This document shows, in pieces, positions 43,926 to 52,187 of a stretch of DNA of 64,000 nucleotides. The stretch spans positions 18,593 through 82,592 of the forward strand of contig DATGZO010000007.1 of the NCBI GenBank assembly GCA_035297105.1, written 5' to 3'. Every line of letters starts with the position of its first letter. Within the stretch, counting starts at the first letter, position 1. The position numbers and the translations under genes were made by a program. The DNA is from Thermoplasmata archaeon (GTDB lineage Archaea > Thermoplasmatota > Thermoplasmata > Lutacidiplasmatales > UBA184). The notes under the pieces were generated by a model. That model did no database searches, was not told the origin of the DNA, and saw nothing but the letters and a program-made list of their open reading frames with translations.

Positions 43926-44822
43926 ATGCCATCCGAGGGCGCCAAGCACTCCACGGTCACCCATCCGGGGGACCTCGTCCGACTCGAGTACGACCTGTGG
44001 GCCGAGGGCGGAGGGCGCACGGACCTGATCGACACCACGCACCAGGAAGTCGCCCAGGAAGCGAAGGTCGCGGAAACGACGGGCCAGGTCTGGGGACCCC
44101 GTCCCCACCAGATCGGCGGCGAATACTTCCCGACCGGAGTGGAGAACGCGCTGATCGGCCTTCCCGTCGGCCAGGAACTCGAAAAGGAGTTCTCCCCCGC
44201 GGATTCGTTCGGGGAACGCGACCCGAAGCTGATTGAGCTCTACTCGATGCACGAGATCTCCCGGCTCCCCGAGATGCGCCGGGAGGATGCGCACCTCGAC
44301 ATCGGCACGGTCCTCACCATCGAGGGGCGCCGGGGCCGGGTCGTCACGCTGACCCAGGCCCGTGTCCGGGTCGATTTCAACCCCCCTTTCTCGGGCAAGA
44401 AGATCCGTGGTAAGTTCAAGGTGACCGAGCAGGTCACGGATCCGGTCGACCAGGTCCGGGCGATCGTCGAGCTCCAGTACGGTCGGTCGTCCGAGTTCAA
44501 GGTCGAGGTCCACGAAAAGGTCGTCACGCTGCACGTCCCGGAGCGGTCGAAGTTCGACATCTCCTGGATGGCGGCCAAGCCGCGCGTGATCGACCGGATC
44601 CGCACTCACGTCCACCCCCACTCGGTGCGGGTCGTCGAGGAGTACGTTACCCCGGTCGCGGAGAAGCCAGCCGAGAAACCCGTGGAAAAGTCGGATGCCG
44701 AGGGCGACGAGAAGAACGCGGACGCCGCGACCACGGCGGAGACGAAGACCCACGAGACGAAACGCGTTCGAGCCTCCCCCAAGGCCGAGCCCACGCCGAA
44801 ACCCGCCGAAGGCGGGGAGTAG
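43926..44822 (+). CDS. FKBP-type peptidyl-prolyl cis-trans isomerase (long archaeal type) with low-complexity acidic/Lys-rich tail
   Basis: GDLVRLEYDLWAE...GVENALIGLPVGQE...VRVDFNPPFSGKKIRGKFKV shows FKBP core motifs with an IF-like insert. A TATA-like AAAACCTTAAGCG lies about 27 nt upstream. Confidence 0.85.
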   Translation: MPSEGAKHSTVTHPGDLVRLEYDLWAEGGGRTDLIDTTHQEVAQEAKVAETTGQVWGPRPHQIGGEYFPTGVENALIGLPVGQELEKEFSPADSFGERDPKLIELYSMHEISRLPEMRREDAHLDIGTVLTIEGRRGRVVTLTQARVRVDFNPPFSGKKIRGKFKVTEQVTDPVDQVRAIVELQYGRSSEFKVEVHEKVVTLHVPERSKFDISWMAAKPRVIDRIRTHVHPHSVRVVEEYVTPVAEKPAEKPVEKSDAEGDEKNADAATTAETKTHETKRVRASPKAEPTPKPAEGGE

Positions 44823-44877
44823 GGACGCCCCCAGCTCGTACTAGGGGTGTATCAACCCCGAGGGAGGTCGGTACGAC

Positions 44878-45009
44878 ATGACCTCCTCGACCCCGATGCC
44901 CAAGATCTCGACCTCCTTCGTGATCGTCGTGTTCACCGTGGCCGTCGTCGTCGGCGCCCTGGTCATCTATTTCGGGATCACCGGGGCCTTGGGGGGCCCG
45001 ATCCCGTAG
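44878..45009 (+). CDS. Unlisted 43-aa single-TM micro-protein
   Basis: GGAGGT lies about 10 nt upstream of ATG 44878. Translation is MTSSTPMPKISTSFVIVVFTVAVVVGALVIYFGITGALGGPIP. Third-position GC is very high. Confidence 0.5.
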   Translation: MTSSTPMPKISTSFVIVVFTVAVVVGALVIYFGITGALGGPIP

Positions 45010-45044
45010 GGACCGCGGTTCGTATCCTCCCGAAATAAACCCCG

Positions 45045-45191
45045 ATGTCCGTCGCCCCCCTCGTGTCCTTGCCCAACGTGGCCCCCCGACGCCCTCGCAA
45101 CCCGAACGCCGGATGGATCGCGGGCTGCCTCGTGATCGTCGGCGTCCTCGCCGCCGGGGCGGTCCTGTGGTTCTCGTACCACCCCTGGTAG
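45045..45191 (+). CDS. Unlisted 48-aa single-TM micro-protein
   Basis: Runs from ATG 45045 to TAG 45189-45191. Translation is MSVAPLVSLPNVAPRRPRNPNAGWIAGCLVIVGVLAAGAVLWFSYHPW. Third-position GC is high and there is no clear SD. Confidence 0.45.
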   Translation: MSVAPLVSLPNVAPRRPRNPNAGWIAGCLVIVGVLAAGAVLWFSYHPW

Positions 45192-45197
45192 GTACGC

Positions 45198-45749
45198 TCA
45201 ACCAGGTGCGGCCCCGCGCGCCTCCGGCCATCGATAGAGATAGACATTGGTCTCGCGGTCGAAGACGGTCGGGGTCCATCCCGGTACCTCGTGACAGTGG
45301 CTGACCAGGCGCGCGCCGGGGCGGAGCTCCCGCTCGAGCTTGGGGCGGAGGCGGGCCATCGCGCCCGGCCACAGGAAGGCCGTCACGACCGTCGCGTCCT
45401 TGAAGTCCAGGTGGAAGAGGTTCCCCCAGACCAGCTCGATCCGGTCCCCCGAGGAACCGAGTCGGCGACGGAGGCGAAGGATCAGGAAGCGGAGCGGCTC
45501 CACTTCGACGCCGACGACCCGGGCGTGGTAGTTCCGGGCCGCCCGGAACACGATCGCCCCCGTGCCGGCGCCCAGGTCGTAGACGACGTCCTGGGGTCCG
45601 ACCTCCGCGAGACGGAGCATCATGCGGACCGAGCGGCGGGGGGTCGGTTGGTACCCGGCCCCGAACGCGAACGAGGCGTAGACGAAGTACGAGAGGACGC
45701 CGAGCCCGACCAGGATGAGGGTGAAGGCGAAGAGCGGAGAGATCGCCAT
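45198..45749 (-). CDS. Membrane-anchored class I SAM-dependent methyltransferase
   Basis: N-terminal TM helix (LFAFTLILVGLGVLSYFVYASF), then motif I VYDLGAGTGAIV and VVGVEVEP. Confidence 0.8.
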   Translation of the reverse strand: MAISPLFAFTLILVGLGVLSYFVYASFAFGAGYQPTPRRSVRMMLRLAEVGPQDVVYDLGAGTGAIVFRAARNYHARVVGVEVEPLRFLILRLRRRLGSSGDRIELVWGNLFHLDFKDATVVTAFLWPGAMARLRPKLERELRPGARLVSHCHEVPGWTPTVFDRETNVYLYRWPEARGAAPG

Positions 45750-45754
45750 CCGAC

Positions 45755-46720
45755 CTACCGGCGCCGGTACCAGTCCCGGTAGAGCTGGTCGGCAGCGCTC
45801 ATCGGGTCCGTCCTCCGTGCGACCACGCGGTCCAAGAGGGTGCGGAGCTCCGGGTCCCGCTCGAGTCGCTCGCTGACGTCCTTCCCGACCCGGTCGCGGA
45901 GGCGCCCGGCGATCTCCGCCGCAAGGCGCCGTCGCTCCCCGGCGAGGCGACCCCCGTAGGTGTCGAGGAACGATTCGTGGGAGGCGATGGCCTGCCAGAG
46001 TTCCGATACCCCCAGCGGGAGGGTCGTCGAGGTCCGGACGATCGGCGGGGCCCAGTTGTCGCGTCCCTTCCCGAGGCTGACCAGCTCCGCCAGGTCCCGA
46101 GCGGCGAGTTCGGAGCCGGGGAGGTCCGCCTTGTTCACGCAGAACACGTCCGCGATCTCGAACAGGCCGGCCTTCAGCGTCTGGACCTCGTCCCCGAGGT
46201 GGGGCACGAGGACGACCACGTTGGTGGTCGCGATCTCCCGGATCGCCACATCCACCTGACCGGAACCGACCGTCTCCACGAAGACGACATCGAAGCCGGC
46301 CGCCTCGAGGAGGCGGGCCACTTCCCGGGTCGTGGCGGCGACCCCTCCGGCCTCCCCCCGGCTCGCCATCGACCGGAAGAACACCCCGTCATCGTCCGCC
46401 CGCCGCTCGAGGCGGATCCGGTCCCCCAGGACGGAGCCCCCGGTGAACGGGCTCGAAGGGTCCACCGCGATGGCCCCGACGGTCTTGCCCTGCGCGCGGA
46501 GCGCGCCGATGAGGGCGCTCAAGAGGCTCGACTTTCCGACCCCCAACGGGCCGCAGAGACCGACCAGGGGGATCGTCCCGGTCCCCGGGTACAGCGCCCG
46601 TACGACGGGCGCGATGCTCGGGTCCGCGTTCTCGACCGCGGTGATGGCGCGCGCGAGGGCGCGACGGTCGCCCCGACGGATCGCGCGGGCGACCGGGGGA
46701 ATACGGGCGGCCCCGCTCAT
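45755..46720 (-). CDS. meaB: Methylmalonyl-CoA mutase-associated GTPase MeaB/ArgK
   Basis: P-loop [37 protein letters not shown] and NKADL. The start ATG at 46720 overlaps the stop of the upstream B12-subunit gene (ATGA). The upstream 400 aa of the listed 729-aa ORF are shadow. Confidence 0.9.
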   Translation of the reverse strand: MSGAARIPPVARAIRRGDRRALARAITAVENADPSIAPVVRALYPGTGTIPLVGLCGPLGVGKSSLLSALIGALRAQGKTVGAIAVDPSSPFTGGSVLGDRIRLERRADDDGVFFRSMASRGEAGGVAATTREVARLLEAAGFDVVFVETVGSGQVDVAIREIATTNVVVLVPHLGDEVQTLKAGLFEIADVFCVNKADLPGSELAARDLAELVSLGKGRDNWAPPIVRTSTTLPLGVSELWQAIASHESFLDTYGGRLAGERRRLAAEIAGRLRDRVGKDVSERLERDPELRTLLDRVVARRTDPMSAADQLYRDWYRRR

Positions 46721-47133
46721 GCCGGGCCGCGCGCCAACTGTCGGGCGGTCGTGACGATCTCCTCGAGCGTGGTCCCGGGTCCGAAGATGGCGCGTACCCC
46801 CGCCTTCTTGAGACGGCGGGCGTCCTCGTCCGGGATGATCCCTCCGGCGAACACGGGGATGTGACCTGCCTTTTCCTTCTTCAGGAGGGTCAGGATCCGG
46901 GGGAAGAGGGCCATGTGCGCCCCGGAGAGGATGGAAAGACCGATCAGGTCCACGTCTTCTTCCAGCGCCGCGCGGACGACGTCTTCGGGAGTCTGGCGGA
47001 GGCCCGCATAGATGACCTCCATGCCCGCGTCCCGGAGGGCCCGGGCGACGACCTTCGCCCCCCGGTCGTGCCCGTCCAGCCCCGGTTTCGCGATCAGGAC
47101 GCGGATCGGGGTCGACTTCGGACGACGCGCCAT
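46717..47133 (-). CDS. Methylmalonyl-CoA mutase, small B12-binding subunit
   Basis: [24 protein letters not shown] carries the DxHxxG cobalamin-binding motif. It is followed by SILSGAH and GGIIP. The 138-aa length is typical of split archaeal MCM. Confidence 0.9.
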   Translation of the reverse strand: MARRPKSTPIRVLIAKPGLDGHDRGAKVVARALRDAGMEVIYAGLRQTPEDVVRAALEEDVDLIGLSILSGAHMALFPRILTLLKKEKAGHIPVFAGGIIPDEDARRLKKAGVRAIFGPGTTLEEIVTTARQLARGPA

Positions 47134-47199
47134 CGGTTTCTCCCGGCGCGCTCGACGGGCTCGGCGGAAAAAAGCTTTCCCTCGTATGGACGGACGACG

Positions 47200-48114
47200 C
47201 TAGAGCAGCGTGAACAGGTCGAAGATGAGGTTCCCGAACGCAAGGGCCGCGAGGGCGCCGGCGAAGAGCAGGACGACGAACGGGAGTTGAGGTCCCACCC
47301 GCACACGGGAGATCCCGCGCCCGCGGAGGTCCTCGGCGATGTGTTCCCTCCACTTTTGATCCCCGGCGGAGGTCTCGATCTCCCCCTCGGCCACCGGGTC
47401 CACCGGATACCGCTCGTCCCGCACCCAGACGAACTGATGCGGAAGCGCGGCGACGGGGATCATGTACGTCGTGAACCCGTCCCTCGCGCGGAACTCGCCC
47501 CGCGCGAGGTTCAGGACCGCGAGCGCGAGGGGAACCACGACGGAAAGCAGCGCGGCGTCCATCAGGAGGTCGACAGCGAACGGGATCACCGACGTGATGG
47601 GAAGGATGCCTCGAGGGACCATCCACAGCGGGATCGGGAAGAACGGAACGAGGAGCCCCGCGACCATGACGGCCTTGGCGTCTGCCCCGCCGAAGAGGAC
47701 GCCCGCCTCGAAGAGTCCCCGCGCAAAGAGGACCGTGAGGACCACGGCGAGGGCGTTCACCGGTACCGCGGTCGGACCGAGTCCGTCCAGGACCACGCCG
47801 GCACCGAACAGGGCGAGCACGCCCAGATAGATCGCCAGCTCGACCAGGTCGGCCCGCCACTCCCCACCGAATGCCTCGTCCCACGGAACGAGATGCTGGA
47901 ACACGAAGGCGGCGCCGACCACCCAGAATACGGTCGGAACCCACCCTCCGGCGGCGACCGCAAGGCCCCCCAGCACCGCCCCGGCGAGGGTCAGGACGAC
48001 CCAGAGTCCCTCGGGGACCTCCCGAGTGCGCGCATCGGTGATGGCCCCAAAGCCGAGTCCGACGACGAGGAGTACCGCGCCCGCGTCCAGAAGCGTGGAA
48101 TCCGGAACGAGCAA
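47200..48114 (-). CDS. A24-family aspartic peptidase (type IV prepilin / preflagellin peptidase, FlaK/PibD-like)
   Basis: Polytopic membrane protein. The first catalytic Asp lies in ITDARTREVP and the second in the GxGD-type motif FGGADAKAV. Confidence 0.8.
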   Translation of the reverse strand: MLVPDSTLLDAGAVLLVVGLGFGAITDARTREVPEGLWVVLTLAGAVLGGLAVAAGGWVPTVFWVVGAAFVFQHLVPWDEAFGGEWRADLVELAIYLGVLALFGAGVVLDGLGPTAVPVNALAVVLTVLFARGLFEAGVLFGGADAKAVMVAGLLVPFFPIPLWMVPRGILPITSVIPFAVDLLMDAALLSVVVPLALAVLNLARGEFRARDGFTTYMIPVAALPHQFVWVRDERYPVDPVAEGEIETSAGDQKWREHIAEDLRGRGISRVRVGPQLPFVVLLFAGALAALAFGNLIFDLFTLL

Positions 48115-48225
48115 CCTCCCTCCGTCCGCCAGCGAACCGACGCAGCCCCTACCTCATAAGCCCGTGTCCGGGAACGCAAGGGGTCGGTGTTCCTTTTCTA
48201 GCCGCCCTACCTCTAACTAGGTCGG

Positions 48226-49137
48226 ATGACGACACCGGCCGCCCCTGGCTCGAGCGCGGGACACGGACCATCCGGTGGCGGAGGCGGGGAGTCGACCGCT
48301 CCCCGTCGCACCATCCCACCGTGGCTCATCGTCGCGCTGGCGGTCGGCATCGCGGTGGTCGTCGTGGTGGGCGGGCTGGCCCTGTCGGGGAAGTTCGGTC
48401 CGGGCAGCACCTCCCAGCTCGGTCCGTACCCGACGTTCGCGGGCGCCGTCTCCGAAGCCCAACCCGCTGCGAACGCGGTCTCGGGCGGCCCGTGGCAGGC
48501 GGCGCTCGGGGCCGCCATCCGGATACCCTCGCCGTTGGAATACCCGACCCGGAACATCACTCAGGTCGTTTCGTCCCTGGGCTGTAACGTGACGCTACTC
48601 GGGGTGCCGCCCAAAGTCATCGCTGTGGACGACACGCCGGTCTCGGAAGGCCTCGGGACCTCCGGGTTCTGGATCGTCGGGTTCGTGAACACAAGCGGAG
48701 GCGTGCTCGGGGTCACCGTGGACGACGGTTCGGCGACCGCCCTCTTCGACGTGAGCACGTCGGCCTGCCCGAAGATCACCGACAGCCTCCTCCCGTTCCC
48801 GAACGGCGCCTGGGACTCGTCGAGCGTTGTCGGCGCCGTGAACAGCGCGGGTGGGTTCTCGTTCCTTACGGCCCATCCGAACGCGAGCCAGATCTTTTTC
48901 GGTGTGGGAGGGTTCGGCATCCTCGCCCCCGAGCCCGTTTGGGGCGTGGTCTTCAACTCGTGTCCCCTCGCCTTCATCGCGAACACGTCCGGACTCGAGT
49001 TCAACGCGACCGTGGAGGGCACGACGGTCTCCTCCCACAGCTCCGGGTCGGTCAGCTGCTCCGCTCTGCCCAACATCCGCCTGCCCTCGCTCGTAGCGAT
49101 GTCGACCGGGGCCCAGTGGCTCGGAAAAGCTATTTAA
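48226..49137 (+). CDS. Membrane-anchored extracellular protein (N-terminal TM, sequon-containing)
   Basis: Gly-rich cytoplasmic N-terminus, then the TM helix WLIVALAVGIAVVVVVGGLAL. The extracellular domain carries N-X-S/T sites (NIT, NVT, NTS, NAS, NAT) and Cys residues. Confidence 0.65.
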   Translation: MTTPAAPGSSAGHGPSGGGGGESTAPRRTIPPWLIVALAVGIAVVVVVGGLALSGKFGPGSTSQLGPYPTFAGAVSEAQPAANAVSGGPWQAALGAAIRIPSPLEYPTRNITQVVSSLGCNVTLLGVPPKVIAVDDTPVSEGLGTSGFWIVGFVNTSGGVLGVTVDDGSATALFDVSTSACPKITDSLLPFPNGAWDSSSVVGAVNSAGGFSFLTAHPNASQIFFGVGGFGILAPEPVWGVVFNSCPLAFIANTSGLEFNATVEGTTVSSHSSGSVSCSALPNIRLPSLVAMSTGAQWLGKAI

Positions 49138-49140
49138 AGC
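49129..49140 (+). promoter_or_regulatory. TATA box (GCTATTTAAAGC) upstream of rps6e
   Basis: TATTTAAA overlaps the stop codon of the preceding gene. It lies about 35-40 nt upstream of ATG 49172. Confidence 0.5.
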
Positions 49141-49171
49141 CCCTATAGGTCGCCCCGTCCCTCAAGGTTCA

Positions 49172-49549
49172 ATGGTCGAGTACAAGCTCGTCATCTCTGA
49201 GCGCGCCGTCTCTCTCGCGCGCACCGTCGCCGACCCGCAGGCCGCGGGCTTTCTGGGCAAGCGGATCGGGGAGACCGTGGGGGGAGAGTTGATCGGCGCA
49301 TCGGGCTACACTTTCCGGATCACGGGCGGGACCGACAAGAGCGGGTTCCCGCTCCGCCCCGACCTGCCGGGCGCCCGCCAGACCCGCCTCTACGTCGGCC
49401 ACGGGTTCGGGTTCGACGCCCCCCGCCTCGGGATGCGCAAGCGCCGGACGTTCCGCGGGAACACGATCAGCGAGGACACCGTCCAGATTAACCTCGTGGT
49501 CGAACAGAAGGGCCCGAAGCCCCTCGCGGAGCTTCTCGCGGCGTCATGA
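49172..49549 (+). CDS. rps6e: Ribosomal protein S6e (eS6)
   Basis: ...GYTFRITGGTDKSGFPLRPDLPG...RRTFRGNTIS... is the characteristic archaeal S6e sequence. The length is 125 aa. Confidence 0.92.
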   Translation: MVEYKLVISERAVSLARTVADPQAAGFLGKRIGETVGGELIGASGYTFRITGGTDKSGFPLRPDLPGARQTRLYVGHGFGFDAPRLGMRKRRTFRGNTISEDTVQINLVVEQKGPKPLAELLAAS

Positions 49550-50781
49550 AGGTCCCCCGGCAACCCGAGGTCAATATCGGACTCGTCGGTCACGTAGACC
49601 ACGGGAAGACGACCCTGACCCAAGCCCTCACGGGCGAATGGACCGACCGACATTCCGAGGAACTCAAGCGGGGCATCTCCATCAAGCTGGGGTACGCCGA
49701 CGCGGCGTTCTTCCAATGCCCCAATTGCCCGCCCCCGTCGTGCTACGGGGTCGACCCGAAGTGCGCGAACTGCGGCGGCGAGGCGAAGTTCCTGAGGGCG
49801 GTGTCGTTCGTGGACGCTCCCGGCCACGAGACGCTGATGGAGACGATGCTCAGCGGGGCGGCCATCATGGATGGCGCCCTCCTCCTGGTCGCGGCGAACG
49901 AACCGGTACCCCAGCCCCAGACCCGGGAGCACCTCTACGCCCTCGACATCATCGGCGTCCGCAAGGTCGTGGTCGTCCAGAACAAGGTCGACCTGGTCTC
50001 GAACGAGGCGGCGGAGGAGAACCATCGCCAAATCATGGAGTTCTTGAAGGGCTCTCCGATCGCGTCGGCCCCGGTGGTCCCCGTCAGTGCGAACCACCGC
50101 GTCAACATCGACGCCCTCATTGAGGTCGTCCAAGATACGATCCCGACCCCGCAGCGGGATCCGAAGAAGCCCCCCCTCATGTACGTGGCCCGGTCGTTCG
50201 ACATCAACCGGCCCGGCACCCGGCCCGCCGACCTCCAGGGGGGCGTGCTCGGGGGCTCGCTGATCCAGGGCCATTTGAAGGTCGGCGAGGAGATCGAGAT
50301 CCGACCCGGCCCGAGCGGGGAACCCAGCACCCATGCCGAGTCGCTGACGACCACGGTGACGTCGATCATTTCCGGTGGCCAGGAGTGGGACGAACTCCAC
50401 CCGGGGGGCCTCGCGGCGCTCGGGACGAGCCTCGACCCGTCCCTCGCGAAGGGGGATGGCCTGACCGGGCGGCTCGTCGGGACGGTCGGCACGCTCCCTC
50501 CCGTCAGCCAGCGGATCCGCCTGAAGGCGACGCTGCTCGATCGCGTGATGGGGGCCCAGCGGGACATCAAGGTCGAAAAGATCCGTACCAGCGAGGTCCT
50601 CGCGGTCACGGTCGGCACGACGATCGCGGCCGGCAAGGTGACGAGCGCGCGCGGGGACGACGTCGAGCTCGCGCTCAACCGGTCCGTGACGGTCTTCCCC
50701 GGCAGCCGGGTCGCGATCTCCCGCAAGTTGAACGCCTGGCGGTTGATCGGCTACGGGATCGTCGAGGGGGGCAGCCGGTGA
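49546..50781 (+). CDS. eif2g: Translation initiation factor aIF2 gamma subunit
   Basis: NIGLVGHVDHGKTTL (G1), DAPGHE (G3) and NKVDL (G4). The zinc knuckle CPNC...CANCG is also present. The start has an ATGA overlap with rps6e. Confidence 0.95.
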   Translation: MKVPRQPEVNIGLVGHVDHGKTTLTQALTGEWTDRHSEELKRGISIKLGYADAAFFQCPNCPPPSCYGVDPKCANCGGEAKFLRAVSFVDAPGHETLMETMLSGAAIMDGALLLVAANEPVPQPQTREHLYALDIIGVRKVVVVQNKVDLVSNEAAEENHRQIMEFLKGSPIASAPVVPVSANHRVNIDALIEVVQDTIPTPQRDPKKPPLMYVARSFDINRPGTRPADLQGGVLGGSLIQGHLKVGEEIEIRPGPSGEPSTHAESLTTTVTSIISGGQEWDELHPGGLAALGTSLDPSLAKGDGLTGRLVGTVGTLPPVSQRIRLKATLLDRVMGAQRDIKVEKIRTSEVLAVTVGTTIAAGKVTSARGDDVELALNRSVTVFPGSRVAISRKLNAWRLIGYGIVEGGSR

Positions 50782-50960
50782 AGCCGGACCTGCTCGAGAT
50801 CCTGCGCTGTCCGGTCTGCCACGGTGAACTTTCCCTGACGTCCCAGCAGACCCAGGGGGACGAGATCGTCCGGGGAACGCTGGCGTGCGCCCACTGCCGG
50901 GTCGACTACCCCATCGCGGACGGGATCCCCGACCTGCTCCCTCCCGACGAGCGAGACTGA
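50778..50960 (+). CDS. trm112: Trm112-family small zinc-ribbon protein
   Basis: The GTG start overlaps the aIF2-gamma stop (GTGA). VKPDLLEILRCPVCHGEL...LACAHCRVDYPIADGIPDLLP matches the Trm112/UPF0434 signature. Confidence 0.75.
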   Translation: MKPDLLEILRCPVCHGELSLTSQQTQGDEIVRGTLACAHCRVDYPIADGIPDLLPPDERD

Positions 50961-50969
50961 ACCGCGTTC

Positions 50970-51392
50970 TCACACGGCGTAGTAGTAGCCGAACAGCGCG
51001 AAGAACATCAGGACCGCAACGCCGACAGCCGGCAGGAGCCAGCGGATCGCCCCGCGGGAGCGGGCCTGGACGGAACTCCCGACCGTCACGACCGGGATGG
51101 CGAACGCAAGCCAGTAGCCGGTGAGCACGGTCGTGTAGAGGGCGAAGGCCGTCCGGTTCCCATGCGGATCCCTCGCCGAGAGTCCCACGACCAGGGCGAC
51201 GGCGAAGACCAGGAACCCGAGGCTCACGCCCGCGGCATCGAGGTACCCCTCGAAGGCACGCTTGCCCCGCGTCGACCGACGGAGGAGAACGAGCATCACG
51301 ACGAAGAGGCCGAGCGTAACGACGAGGAGGTAGAAGGCCGGGGTGGCGAGGGTGAGGTCGTACGCGCCGGGCGCGGGGGAGGCGGGGGCCAT
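50970..51392 (-). CDS. Integral membrane protein (4 TM), unknown function
   Basis: 140 aa with four clear hydrophobic helices. No family was recognised. Confidence 0.65.
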   Translation of the reverse strand: MAPASPAPGAYDLTLATPAFYLLVVTLGLFVVMLVLLRRSTRGKRAFEGYLDAAGVSLGFLVFAVALVVGLSARDPHGNRTAFALYTTVLTGYWLAFAIPVVTVGSSVQARSRGAIRWLLPAVGVAVLMFFALFGYYYAV

Positions 51393-51402
51393 CGTCGGTC
51401 TC

Positions 51403-52032
51403 CTACGGCGCGAGGAGGATCGCGCGCGCCGGACCGCCGTCGCCGTTCTCGAGACGCAGCGGGAGGCATTGGAGCTCGTACGCTCCCGGGGGTGCGTCGG
51501 CGAGCGCGAGCCCTTCCAGGATCAGCGCCCCCTGTCCGAGGAGCCGGTGATGAACGGGATACCGCCCACTCGGGTCCGATTCGACCGAGAGGGAATCGAC
51601 CCCGACCAGCCGGATCTTCCGGGCAACGAGGGCGTCGGCGGCCGGCGGGGTGAGCGCGACGTAGTCCGCAAAGAACGCGGCGTTCGACCGCCATCGTTCG
51701 GAGTTCGAGGTTCGGAAGAGCACCCGCTCGACCCCCGCGGGAATCCCCGCCACCTCCGTCGGTCCGATCTCGGTCCGGCGGGGATCCACCCCGACGACCA
51801 CGCAGGGTCCGTTGAGGATGCCGAGGTCGATCCGGTCGATGGGCAGCCCGCCCGCGAAGAAGTGGCGAGGCGGGTCGACATGGGTGCCCGCGTGCGAACC
51901 GAACGCGAGCGCCGAGAGGTTGTACGGGGCTCCGGTCTCGAGCGAATGCGTCGGAGACGAGGCGAAGAGTGGATCCCCCGGGAAGGCCGCCATCCCCGAG
52001 CGGAGCGGCATGGAGATGTCGATGCGACGCAC
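51403..52032 (-). CDS. Cyclase-family protein (kynurenine formamidase-like)
   Basis: SHAGTHVDPPRHF is the HxGTHxDxPxH metal-binding motif of the PF04199 cyclase family, recalled from memory. The 209-aa length is typical. Confidence 0.85.
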   Translation of the reverse strand: MRRIDISMPLRSGMAAFPGDPLFASSPTHSLETGAPYNLSALAFGSHAGTHVDPPRHFFAGGLPIDRIDLGILNGPCVVVGVDPRRTEIGPTEVAGIPAGVERVLFRTSNSERWRSNAAFFADYVALTPPAADALVARKIRLVGVDSLSVESDPSGRYPVHHRLLGQGALILEGLALADAPPGAYELQCLPLRLENGDGGPARAILLAP

Positions 52033-52187
52033 GGTGTTGCGGCCCTCCGGGTCCTCGCTTCCCCGTCCGCCATGGTACCCTTAAGGGTTCGGTTCGAGGG
52101 CGGAGAGAAGTGGGTCGCCGAGAGGTGCCCGACCGGCCGTGCGGTTCGAGCCGAAGGGTTAAGCGGTTCCGACCCGACCGGACGGGG

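Noticed and set aside
46721-47944. Upstream ~400 aa of the 729-aa ORF 45755..47944
   Set aside because: Only the last 321 aa (MSGAARIPP... onward) look like MeaB. The upstream part is Arg/Gly/Pro shadow. It overlaps, out of frame, the well-supported MCM B12-subunit and A24 peptidase genes.
49390-50973. 527-aa minus-strand ORF antisense to aIF2-gamma; similar cases at 59507..61051 and 60886..61833
   Set aside because: These lie antisense to or overlapping strongly supported genes, and have biased Arg/Gly/Pro/Asp composition with no motifs.
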